Shown here: positions 19,636 to 28,311 of the stretch, piece by piece
Position numbering within the stretch: position 1 is the stretch's first letter
Layout: every line of letters starts with the position of its first letter
DNA from: an uncultured bacterium
Lineage (GTDB): Bacteria; Nitrospirota; JACRHL01
Length of the DNA: 64,000 nt
Direction: 5' to 3'
Assembly (NCBI GenBank): GCA_965371175.1
Contig: CBDUXI010000003.1
Coordinates: 20,493-84,492, forward strand
Position numbers and translations under genes: made by a program
Notes under the pieces: model-generated
The model's input: only the letters and a program-made list of their open reading frames with translations
What the model was told of the DNA's origin: nothing
Databases searched by the model: none

Positions 19636-20123
19636 GGATCGGCGGGGGGGGGCGCAGGGGGGTCGGGGCGTCCGGGCTCGTCAAAATCTTCCGGCTTTAA
19701 ATTTTCCAGCCACGCATCCAGATCTTCCGAGCGATTTTTCTTCAGTACGCGGGTATCCACAAACACCGGGCACTCGGCCCGTAGTGCCAGGGCAATGGCG
19801 TCGCTGGGGCGGGCGTCCACGGTGACTTCCCCTTCCCCCCGCATCAGGTGGACCTTGGCATAAAAGGTGTTGTCGCGCAGGTCGTGGATCACCACGGACA
19901 GGGTTTTTGCCCCCAGGGTTTCCACCACATCGTTCAGCAGGTCGTGGGTCATGGGACGGGGCGGGGTGACGTGCTCCATGGCAAGGCCAATGGCGTTGGC
20001 TTCGGACTTGCCCACCCAGATCGGCAGCACGTCTTTCTCTTCATCGTCTTTCAGGAGCACGATGTAGGCCTGATTATACGGGTCCACCATCAACCCCTGT
20101 ACGTTTACCTGAACGATTGCCAT
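19632..20123 (-). CDS. Bifunctional-nuclease (BFN/DUF151) domain protein
   Basis: LKDDEEKDVLPIWVGKSEANAI...THDLL matches the DUF151 family. Confidence 0.6.
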   Translation of the reverse strand: MAIVQVNVQGLMVDPYNQAYIVLLKDDEEKDVLPIWVGKSEANAIGLAMEHVTPPRPMTHDLLNDVVETLGAKTLSVVIHDLRDNTFYAKVHLMRGEGEVTVDARPSDAIALALRAECPVFVDTRVLKKNRSEDLDAWLENLKPEDFDEPGRPDPPAPPPADP

Positions 20124-20335
20124 GTGACTTCCATTCTCGCTGGAGGAACCATGGATTCACTCTACCACTAAATCCACGGGTATGGCCGGGTTTGTTGAGC
20201 TTGCCCCTGCACGCCGAGTACACTCGCTGCCACGGTATTTTGATCACGGAGCGACGGGCGGGGCGCCTGTCTGAAAGGGATAAGCAAGTGAAGCGCAAGG
20301 ATGATGGCGGCCACATTTCCCGGCGGTTGCAGGAG

Positions 20336-20782
20336 ATGGGTGTGGACCTGCCCGATTGCCCCGCCCCGCTGGGGGCGTATGTGCCCGCCCTGGCCGTGGG
20401 CGACTTGATCTACACCAGCGGCATGTTGCCGCTTACGGACGGAGATCTGGCCTACGTCGGACCCGTTGGCTCCGTACACACTGTGGACGCGGGCGCAGCG
20501 GCGGCGAAGCTGTGCGCACAAAACGCGGTGGCGGCCATTGCCGGACTGCTGGGCGGTGTGGCGGGGCTGGACCGGGTCACGCGGGTCGTGCAGGTGACCG
20601 GCCACATCCTGTGCCTGCCCGACTTTGCCGAGCAGCCGGCGGTGCTGAACGGCGCTTCCGAGTGGCTGGCCGAACTGTTTGGAGAACAAGGTCGGCATAC
20701 CCGCCTGGCCCTGGGCGCTCACGCCCTGCCCAAAAACGCCACGGTGGAGTTGGCAATGGTTGTCCAGGTTGCCACCCACTGA
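20336..20782 (+). CDS. ridA: RidA/YjgF-family enamine/imine deaminase
   Basis: YjgF/chorismate-mutase-like fold motifs (PAPLGAYVPA, RVTRVVQVTGH, ARLALGAHALPKNATVEL). Start ambiguous (20288 GTG or 20336 ATG). Confidence 0.7.
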   Translation: MGVDLPDCPAPLGAYVPALAVGDLIYTSGMLPLTDGDLAYVGPVGSVHTVDAGAAAAKLCAQNAVAAIAGLLGGVAGLDRVTRVVQVTGHILCLPDFAEQPAVLNGASEWLAELFGEQGRHTRLALGAHALPKNATVELAMVVQVATH

Positions 20783-21788
20783 CTTTGGCAATACCGCCGA
20801 CCGGCTGCTTGTGGCCCTGTCCGCAGCGCACGGGGCGTTTGTTCCCGGCAGCCGCCTTGGCAAGGAGCTGGGGGTATCACGCACCGCCGTGTGGAAACAG
20901 GTCCGGTCGCTCAAGGCGGAAGGGTATCTGATTGAATCCCGCCCCCGGCAAGGGTACCGGCTGACCGGCAGGCCCGACGCCATCTCCCGCAGAGAGCTTG
21001 CGGCACAATTTGATACCCGCTGGCTGGGGCGGCATCTGGTGGTGCTGGAACAGGTTGATTCCACCAACCGGTACGGCATGGAGGACGCGTCGTTGCCCCA
21101 CGGTACGGTGGTGGTGGCCGGTCGCCAGAGTGCGGGTCGCGGGCGGCTGGGGCGGAGTTGGGAAACCCCGCCGGGCACGGTACCGTTTTCCGTGGTGCTG
21201 AGCCCCCAATCACCCCCGGAGCGTCTGCAGTTGATCACCCTGGCCACGGCGGTGGGGATGGCGGACGGGATTTTCGAGGCGACCGGCATCGACGTGGAAA
21301 TCAAATGGCCCAACGACCTGCTGGTGGGCGGCAAAAAAATCGCCGGCATCCTGACCGAAGCGCGCACCGACCCGGATCGGGTGGTGCGGGCGGTGGTGGG
21401 CGTGGGGCTGAATATTGCCACCCGGAAAAAGGATTTTCCCGCTGACGTGCGTGCACACGCCACCTCTCTGGCCGTGGCCTCCGGGGACAGCACGCCGTTG
21501 TTGTCGGTACTCGGGCAGGTGCTGGGCCACCTGGAGCGGGTGTATGACGAAGTGCTGACCGGTGGGGCGGATGAAATATCGGCCATGCTGGCCCGTTACC
21601 GGGACCGTTGCACCACCATTGGCCTTGCGGTCACGGTGACCGACAGAGACGGCCAGCCCCACACGGGTACGGCAGTGGGCGTGGACGACAACGGGGCGTT
21701 GCTGGTGGAAGGGCCGAACGGGGTGACCACGCCTTTTTATTCGGGGGATGTGACCTTGGCAAAGGCCAGCCCGGAGGCGGGCAGATGA
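20769..21788 (+). CDS. birA: Bifunctional biotin--[acetyl-CoA-carboxylase] ligase / biotin operon repressor
   Basis: N-terminal winged HTH (SRLGKELGVSRTAVWKQVRSL) and the BPL catalytic core (GRQSAGRGRLGRSWETP). Start uncertain (20769 TTG or 20811 GTG). Confidence 0.8.
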   Translation: MPPTDFGNTADRLLVALSAAHGAFVPGSRLGKELGVSRTAVWKQVRSLKAEGYLIESRPRQGYRLTGRPDAISRRELAAQFDTRWLGRHLVVLEQVDSTNRYGMEDASLPHGTVVVAGRQSAGRGRLGRSWETPPGTVPFSVVLSPQSPPERLQLITLATAVGMADGIFEATGIDVEIKWPNDLLVGGKKIAGILTEARTDPDRVVRAVVGVGLNIATRKKDFPADVRAHATSLAVASGDSTPLLSVLGQVLGHLERVYDEVLTGGADEISAMLARYRDRCTTIGLAVTVTDRDGQPHTGTAVGVDDNGALLVEGPNGVTTPFYSGDVTLAKASPEAGR

Positions 21789-22567
21789 ATCCGGATCAGG
21801 GAAAACAAAGCCTGCTTGCTGTCGATGCGGGGAACACCAGCGTGACCGTCGGCGTGTTTTCCGGGGACAGCTTGAGTTGGCGCGAGCAGGTTCCCCACGA
21901 CCAGTTGGAGGCGCTTGCCCGACGGATTGACTCCCGACTGCCGGCGGCCGGGTGGCGGGGCGCGGTGGTGGCCAGTGTCGTGCCGTCGCTGGATCGCTCG
22001 CTGAAAGCATTTTGCCAACAGATTACCGGCCTGAAGCCGGTGTTCATCGACCATCGGTTCGATCTGGGAATCACCATTGAAACCGATGCACCCGCGCAGA
22101 CCGGAGCCGACCGGCTGGTGAACGCGGCGGCGGCCTGGCACCTGTACGGTGGACCGCTGGTGGTGGTGGACGTGGGAACGGCGGTGACCGTATGCGCGGT
22201 GACTGCAACCGGACGCTATCTGGGCGGGGCCATTGCGCCGGGGCCGACCACGAGCTTATCCGCCCTCTCCAGCCGGGCCGAAAAACTGCCCCAGGTGTCT
22301 TTGCGCGCCCCGTCCGGCCCCATTGGCGCCAATACGCAAGAGGCCATGCGGGTGGGGGTGGTGATCGGATTTGCCGGTCTGGTGGACCGGCTGGTGACCG
22401 ACACCGCCCTCGCGCTTGAACAGGGGGGCAAAAAAAAGGGGGACAAGGTGCAGGTGTTTGTGACCGGGGGGGATGCAACGCTACTGGTTCCGCATCTGCG
22501 TACGGCCTGCAAGCCGGTGGACGACCTGCTGCTGCTTGGCCTGAGACTGTTATTTGACCGGGCGTGA
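21785..22567 (+). CDS. coaX: Type III pantothenate kinase
   Basis: LLAVDAGNTSVTVGV and GADRLVNAAAA motifs. Overlaps the birA stop by 4 bp. birA-coaX is a common pairing. Confidence 0.8.
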   Translation: MNPDQGKQSLLAVDAGNTSVTVGVFSGDSLSWREQVPHDQLEALARRIDSRLPAAGWRGAVVASVVPSLDRSLKAFCQQITGLKPVFIDHRFDLGITIETDAPAQTGADRLVNAAAAWHLYGGPLVVVDVGTAVTVCAVTATGRYLGGAIAPGPTTSLSALSSRAEKLPQVSLRAPSGPIGANTQEAMRVGVVIGFAGLVDRLVTDTALALEQGGKKKGDKVQVFVTGGDATLLVPHLRTACKPVDDLLLLGLRLLFDRA

Positions 22568-22585
22568 AGTGGCCTGTGGGCCGCC

Positions 22586-23020
22586 CTACCAGGTGACCCG
22601 TAACACCTCTCGCAGGTCGCTGCGCCCGGCGATATCTTTGGCCCGGAAGTAGCCCATCCCTCCGGGGGTGCGGGTGATATATTCCAGGCCTTCCTGCAGG
22701 GAGGTTACGTTTTTCGGGGGGGTGCCGCCTTCCCGGAAGATGCGTTTGATCCAGTAGATCTTGAAGTCCCGCTCGGACATGCCCAGTACCCGGCGCAAAA
22801 AATCGCTCTGTATGGAGGTGCCTTCGGGAAATCCGGTTGGCGCGATTTTCACTTCGCCCCAGAAAGTCAGGGTGCCCAGATAAATTTGCTTTACCTCATC
22901 GGTCGAAAGGGCGCTCGTCGGTGCCTGGGCGTTGACCACCATGACGATTTCCCCCGCCCATGAACTGGCCGCTCCCGCAAGGAAAAACACCGCGGCCCAC
23001 GCACAAATAATTGTTCGCAT
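22586..23020 (-). CDS. Periplasmic PBP-like (phosphate-binding-like) protein
   Basis: Signal peptide (MRTIICAWAAVFFLAGAASSWA). Short PBP-superfamily-like domain. Downstream of the porin O/P gene. Confidence 0.4.
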   Translation of the reverse strand: MRTIICAWAAVFFLAGAASSWAGEIVMVVNAQAPTSALSTDEVKQIYLGTLTFWGEVKIAPTGFPEGTSIQSDFLRRVLGMSERDFKIYWIKRIFREGGTPPKNVTSLQEGLEYITRTPGGMGYFRAKDIAGRSDLREVLRVTW

Positions 23021-23071
23021 GCGTAAAGCCCGCCTACAGAAACTGCCCATTTGGTGCATCTCCTCAGCCAT

Positions 23072-24178
23072 TTAAAACGAGAAGGCCCATTGTGCGGCGG
23101 CTTCGTTGTAGCTGCCGTCGAAATCATCGTCGATGGCGCGGTACTCGGCTTTGAGTGCGGTGCGATAGTCGATGTCGAAGCGTATGCCAACCACGGTTAC
23201 GGTGGTTTCCCGGTCGACTGCCGGGGTGGTGACGCCGATGGCATCGAAATACGGGTCACTTTCCGCGTCCAGCGTGCTGTAGCGTACATATGGCATGACC
23301 TGCTCTTTGACCCGGTAGCCCAACTGGGTGTACCAGCCCACGGTATCCGTGCTGACGCTCGCCAGATTTTCATGTTGCCAGGCGTAGTATTCGCCCAGGA
23401 ACTCCACCCGGTCCGACAGGTAGGCCACATCCACCCCCCAGATGATCTGATCGATTTCGTCGTCCAGCGGGCCGCCCGTATCGGTGATCAGCACGGTGCC
23501 TGTCTGCCCGAACAGGCCGACTTGCAGGCCTTCCAGGGCGGCGGGGCTGAACGACAGGTTGGCGGAAACGGCCTTTTGGTTATCCGGGTCGCTGCCGCTG
23601 CCGGGGTCGAGTTCCAGCAACTCGGGTGTGACGCTCAGATCTCCGGAGAGCGCTGCGCCGTTGCCGAACATCACCCCCAACCTCACGTTGCCTGCGTCGG
23701 TGGAAAACCGGCTGTCCCACCACAGACCGACCATGTGCATCGGCAGGACCCCGTGCTCATCCTCGAATTCAAGGAAAAACGGTCGGCCGATCGTGGTATG
23801 CAGCTGGGCGCCGTGGTGGTAGGCCAGGTTCCAGTAGCCCAGCAGGTTATGAAAGCGCCCGGCCCGCACCTTGTGGTGGTTGTTCAGGGCGTAGCTGATT
23901 TGCAGCCGTTCCAGATCGGTGATGGCCTCCCCGTCGTCCAGTTCGGTGACCAGTTCCGCCAGCATGTCCATGCGGTCGCTGAGCTGCTCGGCGACGTAGA
24001 AATCCAGATGCCCCAGAGAAAATCCGTTGTTGCTGCCGCCAGTGGCCCCACCCATTTCGGTGGCTGTATAGGAGACGTCGGCAAAGCCGTTCAACTCAAA
24101 GGCGTGGGCTGTGCCCGGGCCCGTCAGCCAGAAAACGAACGCGGCAGCCAGTATCCAGGCTGTACTCGGTCTGTTCAT
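23072..24178 (-). CDS. Outer-membrane porin, phosphate-selective porin O/P family
   Basis: Signal peptide, Gly- and aromatic-rich beta-strand pattern, and a C-terminal ...WAFSF outer-membrane sorting signal. Confidence 0.65.
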   Translation of the reverse strand: MNRPSTAWILAAAFVFWLTGPGTAHAFELNGFADVSYTATEMGGATGGSNNGFSLGHLDFYVAEQLSDRMDMLAELVTELDDGEAITDLERLQISYALNNHHKVRAGRFHNLLGYWNLAYHHGAQLHTTIGRPFFLEFEDEHGVLPMHMVGLWWDSRFSTDAGNVRLGVMFGNGAALSGDLSVTPELLELDPGSGSDPDNQKAVSANLSFSPAALEGLQVGLFGQTGTVLITDTGGPLDDEIDQIIWGVDVAYLSDRVEFLGEYYAWQHENLASVSTDTVGWYTQLGYRVKEQVMPYVRYSTLDAESDPYFDAIGVTTPAVDRETTVTVVGIRFDIDYRTALKAEYRAIDDDFDGSYNEAAAQWAFSF

Positions 24179-24379
24179 CTGCCACCCCCTCCATAGGATT
24201 TTTACCGGGCCGGTACGGCCGCGATAAGTTCTTTTTGGTTATGACCTGCTTGGCTCAAGGCGCGTGCGCCTGTCGATTATGTATTTCAGGGAATTATTCT
24301 TCCCAGTCTTGGAATACGGCGCTCCCTTGTTGCACCTGACCGGGCGGGGCGCAACACCGTTGTAGGGTATAGCAACCAA

Positions 24380-24766
24380 TTGAAAATAAACAAGTTATCC
24401 GATGAATGTAGCATGCGGCATCTTCCTTGCTATCTGTATCCGGGTACAGGGAGAGTATGTGTTTTTGCCACGTTTGTGTGTGGGAGGTCAAATATTCGGA
24501 TGATTGAAAATGAAAAAACGCAGCGTATCCAGCGGATGAAGCAGGCGTTGCAGGATCATTTTTTGCGCTTCAAGGCACTGCGTAAGGAGGGTCGGAACGA
24601 GGAGGCGCTACGCCAGTTTAACGTGACCCTGAAGGCGGCCAGCGAGTTGATGGAGACATCCACCCTGCTGTTGAAGGATATTGCAGATCGCCACAGTGAA
24701 CTTGCCGAACCGGAATTACCGGGCGGCAAGCTTTTGCATTTCCCCAAGTCCCGGCATAATCACTGA
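24380..24766 (+). CDS. Hypothetical helical protein (likely an 89-aa product starting at 24500) in a lower-GC islet
   Basis: ORF sits in an AT-richer segment. No recognisable family. Convergent with cheB. Confidence 0.3.
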   Translation: MKINKLSDECSMRHLPCYLYPGTGRVCVFATFVCGRSNIRMIENEKTQRIQRMKQALQDHFLRFKALRKEGRNEEALRQFNVTLKAASELMETSTLLLKDIADRHSELAEPELPGGKLLHFPKSRHNH

Positions 24767-24791
24767 CGCAGGATTTGGGCGGATTGCCTGG

Positions 24792-25871
24792 TTAGCCTGG
24801 CTGGGGGACGGGTTGGTCCGTTGCAGACAGACGCGCAAGGATTTCCCTCGTCATCTCTTCCATGGATACCTGTATGGCCCCCGCGTCCGCGCTCGCCTCC
24901 GGCATCTGACAGACCAGACAGTCATCCGGCGTCTGGGTGAGTACGACCCCTCCCTGTCCAATCAGCGCACGGGTGCCCGCTACGCCGTCTTCCCCCATGC
25001 CGGACAGGACCACGCCGATGCCGTCTGCGGGGCAGGCTGCGGCCAGGCTGTGTAACAGCCCGTCGGCCGACGGGCTGGCGGCCGGGTTGTCCGCATCGGC
25101 CATGTAGACGGTTAAACCCGCCGCCTCTTGTTTGACCTCAATGTTTTTTCCACCCTGCCCCACCAGCACGGTGCCAGGGGTGAGGCGCTCTTCCTGCCCG
25201 GCCTCCCTGACGGGGAGCGCACACACGGCATTCAGCCGTTCTGCAAGCAGGCTGGTATACGCTTCCGGCAACGTTTGCGCCACCACCACCGCGGCCTCCA
25301 GGTTTTCGGGCAGCGAGGCCACCAGGCGCATCAGGGTATATGGGCCGCCCGCGCCCGCGCACAGCCCGATCACCTTCATTCCGTTGCTGTTGCCGTTGCC
25401 GTTTGGCGTATGGGGAGGTGGTGTCGGCGCGGAATCCATGAGCATGGAAATCAACGCTTTACGGGTTGCCCCGCCTCCCACGGCGCGGACTTTTTCGATT
25501 AATCTCGGCGCCAGCTTACGCATGGCTAGGGAACTACCCGATTTGGTCTTGGGCAGGTAACCGACCACGCCTTCCGCAAAGGCGGCAAGCACGTCCGTGC
25601 CCCCTTGATGGTTTGGCGTACCCAGGCCAATGACCGGAGTGGGGAACAGTTTCATCAGTTCACGCAGCATGTTGGCGCACGCCCCATCGGGCACTTCCAG
25701 ATCCATGATAATCACATCTGGTGTCAGGTTGCGGGTCATGTGCAGTCCCTGGTCGGGCTCCGTCGCCTGCCCCGTTATTTCGATATCGGGCGCACCGGCC
25801 AACATCTGGACGATGGCGGTGCGTACAACGGCGTTGGCATCCACAATCAGGACACGTATTGGTTTGGCCAT
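24792..25871 (-). CDS. cheB: Chemotaxis response regulator, protein-glutamate methylesterase
   Basis: N-terminal REC domain (IRVLIVDANAVVR...IIMDLEVP) and a C-terminal CheB methylesterase domain. Confidence 0.85.
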   Translation of the reverse strand: MAKPIRVLIVDANAVVRTAIVQMLAGAPDIEITGQATEPDQGLHMTRNLTPDVIIMDLEVPDGACANMLRELMKLFPTPVIGLGTPNHQGGTDVLAAFAEGVVGYLPKTKSGSSLAMRKLAPRLIEKVRAVGGGATRKALISMLMDSAPTPPPHTPNGNGNSNGMKVIGLCAGAGGPYTLMRLVASLPENLEAAVVVAQTLPEAYTSLLAERLNAVCALPVREAGQEERLTPGTVLVGQGGKNIEVKQEAAGLTVYMADADNPAASPSADGLLHSLAAACPADGIGVVLSGMGEDGVAGTRALIGQGGVVLTQTPDDCLVCQMPEASADAGAIQVSMEEMTREILARLSATDQPVPQPG

Positions 25872-25899
25872 CCGTTTACAATCCTTTCAGGCTGATTCT

Positions 25900-26742
25900 T
25901 TAGCGCTCGCCCACGGCGTATCGGCGGGCATTTTTTGCCCCCTCTTTTTTGGCGCGTTGTTCGGCCTGCTTGCGCGAGTCGGTCCGCTTTCTGCGGATAT
26001 GGGCAATTTTGCCCTTGATGCGCAGCACCGCCTGAGAGTGCAACTGGGATACCCGTGATTCGGTAATGCCCAATATGCTGCCGATTTCGCGCATGGTCAG
26101 TTCTTCGTAGTAGTAGAGGGTAATGACCAGCCGCTCTTTTTTGGGCAACTGCTCAATGGCCTCTCCCAGCAGATTCCACATGTCCTGCTGAATCAGGTCG
26201 GAAAGCGGGTCCGGTGTGGAGTCCTGGGACAGGCACTCCAGAATATTGACCTCCCGGTTGGTGTCCACGCCCAGGTCGTCCAGACTCAGTACCGCTGTAT
26301 GGGACACCTGCTGCAAGGTTTTGTGCAGGGTTGCAAGGGGGATGTCCATTTCGGTGGCGACTTCTTCTTCGCTGGCAGGGCGTCCCAGCTTTTGCTCCAG
26401 TTTCTGATAGACACCGCGCAGCTTGGAGGCCTTTTCCCGAATGCTCCGGGGCACCCAGTCCATGGCGCGCACTTCGTCCAGCATGGCGCCGCGGATGCGA
26501 AATTCGGCATAGGTCTTAAAGAGTGTTTCCCGGTTCGGGTCGTACTTGGTCATGGCGTCCATGAGCCCGATGACCCCTACGTTAATGATGTCGTCCACAT
26601 CCAGGTGCGCCGGAAGGCGCGAGGCCAGCCGGTTGGCCATGATGCGAATTTTGGGTGCGAACTCCTCGATCAGGCGTTCCTGCACTTCCAAAGTAATGTG
26701 TTTGACACCCACACCGTAATCCTGCTTTGCAGCTTTTGCCAC
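25900..26742 (-). CDS. fliA: FliA/WhiG-family RNA polymerase sigma factor (sigma-28-like)
   Basis: Sigma-70 regions 2 and 4 (LTMREIGSILGITESRVSQLHSQAV) typical of FliA. Has an unusual roughly 35-aa basic C-terminal tail. Confidence 0.7.
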   Translation of the reverse strand: MAKAAKQDYGVGVKHITLEVQERLIEEFAPKIRIMANRLASRLPAHLDVDDIINVGVIGLMDAMTKYDPNRETLFKTYAEFRIRGAMLDEVRAMDWVPRSIREKASKLRGVYQKLEQKLGRPASEEEVATEMDIPLATLHKTLQQVSHTAVLSLDDLGVDTNREVNILECLSQDSTPDPLSDLIQQDMWNLLGEAIEQLPKKERLVITLYYYEELTMREIGSILGITESRVSQLHSQAVLRIKGKIAHIRRKRTDSRKQAEQRAKKEGAKNARRYAVGER

Positions 26743-27120
26743 CGGCTTTCCTCCTGAATTCGAATTTGCGGGGGTTCCCTCTCCCGCGAAATAACTGACT
26801 GCTCCTGCTGATAGTGGCCGTGCCGTCTATCAGCCCCTCTACAAAAAACGTTCCGCTGCAAAGTTGCTGCGGGTCCGACGCGCTGGCCAGACAGAGAGCA
26901 ATCGGGATGCCAGAGTGCGGGTAAGTGAAAGCAATAACAGGAGATACCCCGCATGAATACTGGGAGGAAATTTTTTTTTAAAGTTTTCCTGACAAGCTGT
27001 GCCGGGCGATCAAACGGGCGCTTGTCACGCTGGATAACATGAACCGTGGCCCTGCATCGTCGAAAATTTGACGCTTTTGTCCTTCAGGGTTGCACCACGG
27101 CTCCCTGTGCGTGGAGAATG

Positions 27121-28311
27121 GAGGCTTGCCTGTCTTTAACAAGGGAGTACCGGTTGTCTACACCCACACCCACCCACCCGGATGTATTGATTCTGGGGGG
27201 GGGCATCATCGGCATGCTTACCGCTGTGGAACTTGCCCGCAAGGGGGTGCAGGTGACGGTGCTGGAGCGGGGCCGGCCCATGCGCGAGTCGTCCTGGGCC
27301 GGTGCCGGCATCCTGTCGCCCATCTATCCGTGGAAGTATCCGGACGCCTTGAGCATTCTGGTCAACCGCAGCCTGGCGCTTTATCCGCAGATGATGGAGC
27401 GCTTGCAGGCCCTCTCCGGGGTGGACCCGGAGCACCGCAAAACCGGGCTGATCATGCCCGTGTTCCGGTCTTCGGAATGGTTTTCCATGGACGGGGTGGA
27501 CCCGTGGCGCCGCAGGTTTGGCTGGCAGGTGGAGCGGCTGACGGGATCTGAGGCCCGGCAGGTGGAGCCGTGCCTGGCGAAGAAGGTGGTGGGTGCGCTG
27601 TATTTTCCAGAAGTGGGTCAGGTGAGAAATCCGCGCCTTGCCCGCGCTGTGGAGGCCACGGCCCGCGTGCTGGGGGTGGATATTCGCTACGGGGAAGAGG
27701 TGATTGACCTGTCTGTAAAGGGCGGGCGGGTGTCCACCGTGACCACCAACAACGGCAAACTTCGGGCCGACAAGGTGTTGGTTGCCGCCGGTAGCTGGAG
27801 TGGAGAATTACTTAAAAAAGCGGGTTATACGCTGCCGATCCAGCCGGTGAAAGGGCAGATTCTGTTGCTCAAAACCGCTCCCGGCACCCTGACCCGCATC
27901 GTCAAGCATGCAGACGCCTATCTGGTGCCCCGCGCCGATGGGCGCATTTTAGTGGGGGCCACCATGGAGATGGCCGGATTTGACCGGCGCACCACCCTGT
28001 CGGCCCTGTACACCCTTTCCGGGGCACTGTTGACCATGGCGCCGTGCCTTGCCGACGCACAGGTGGAGCAGCACTGGATGGGGTTTCGTCCGGGCACTCC
28101 GGACGGGTTGCCGTATCTGGGGCAGGTGCCGGGTTACGACAACCTGTATGTGGCCGCAGGTCACTATCGGAATGGGGTGGTGCTGGCTCCGGTGACCGCC
28201 GAGGCCATGAGTTGCCTGCTCACCGACGATGCGCTAACGGTGCCGCTGGGGGCGTTTGCCGTGCAGCGGGAAGTTCAGGCGTCGGCAGAGGTCGGGCTGC
28301 CGACTCCCTAG
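27121..28311 (+). CDS. thiO: Glycine oxidase (FAD-dependent)
   Basis: [14 protein letters not shown]-binding motif and DAO-family length. The open frame extends upstream to 27046, so the true start is uncertain. Confidence 0.72.
   Translation, partial: EACLSLTREYRLSTPTPTHPDVLILGGGIIGMLTAVELARKGVQVTVLERGRPMRESSWAGAGILSPIYPWKYPDALSILVNRSLALYPQMMERLQALSGVDPEHRKTGLIMPVFRSSEWFSMDGVDPWRRRFGWQVERLTGSEARQVEPCLAKKVVGALYFPEVGQVRNPRLARAVEATARVLGVDIRYGEEVIDLSVKGGRVSTVTTNNGKLRADKVLVAAGSWSGELLKKAGYTLPIQPVKGQILLLKTAPGTLTRIVKHADAYLVPRADGRILVGATMEMAGFDRRTTLSALYTLSGALLTMAPCLADAQVEQHWMGFRPGTPDGLPYLGQVPGYDNLYVAAGHYRNGVVLAPVTAEAMSCLLTDDALTVPLGAFAVQREVQASAEVGLPTP

Noticed and set aside
20168-21586. 472-aa ORF antisense to ridA and birA
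   Set aside because: Overlaps two well-supported genes. The Ser/Arg/Pro-rich translation has no domain signature.
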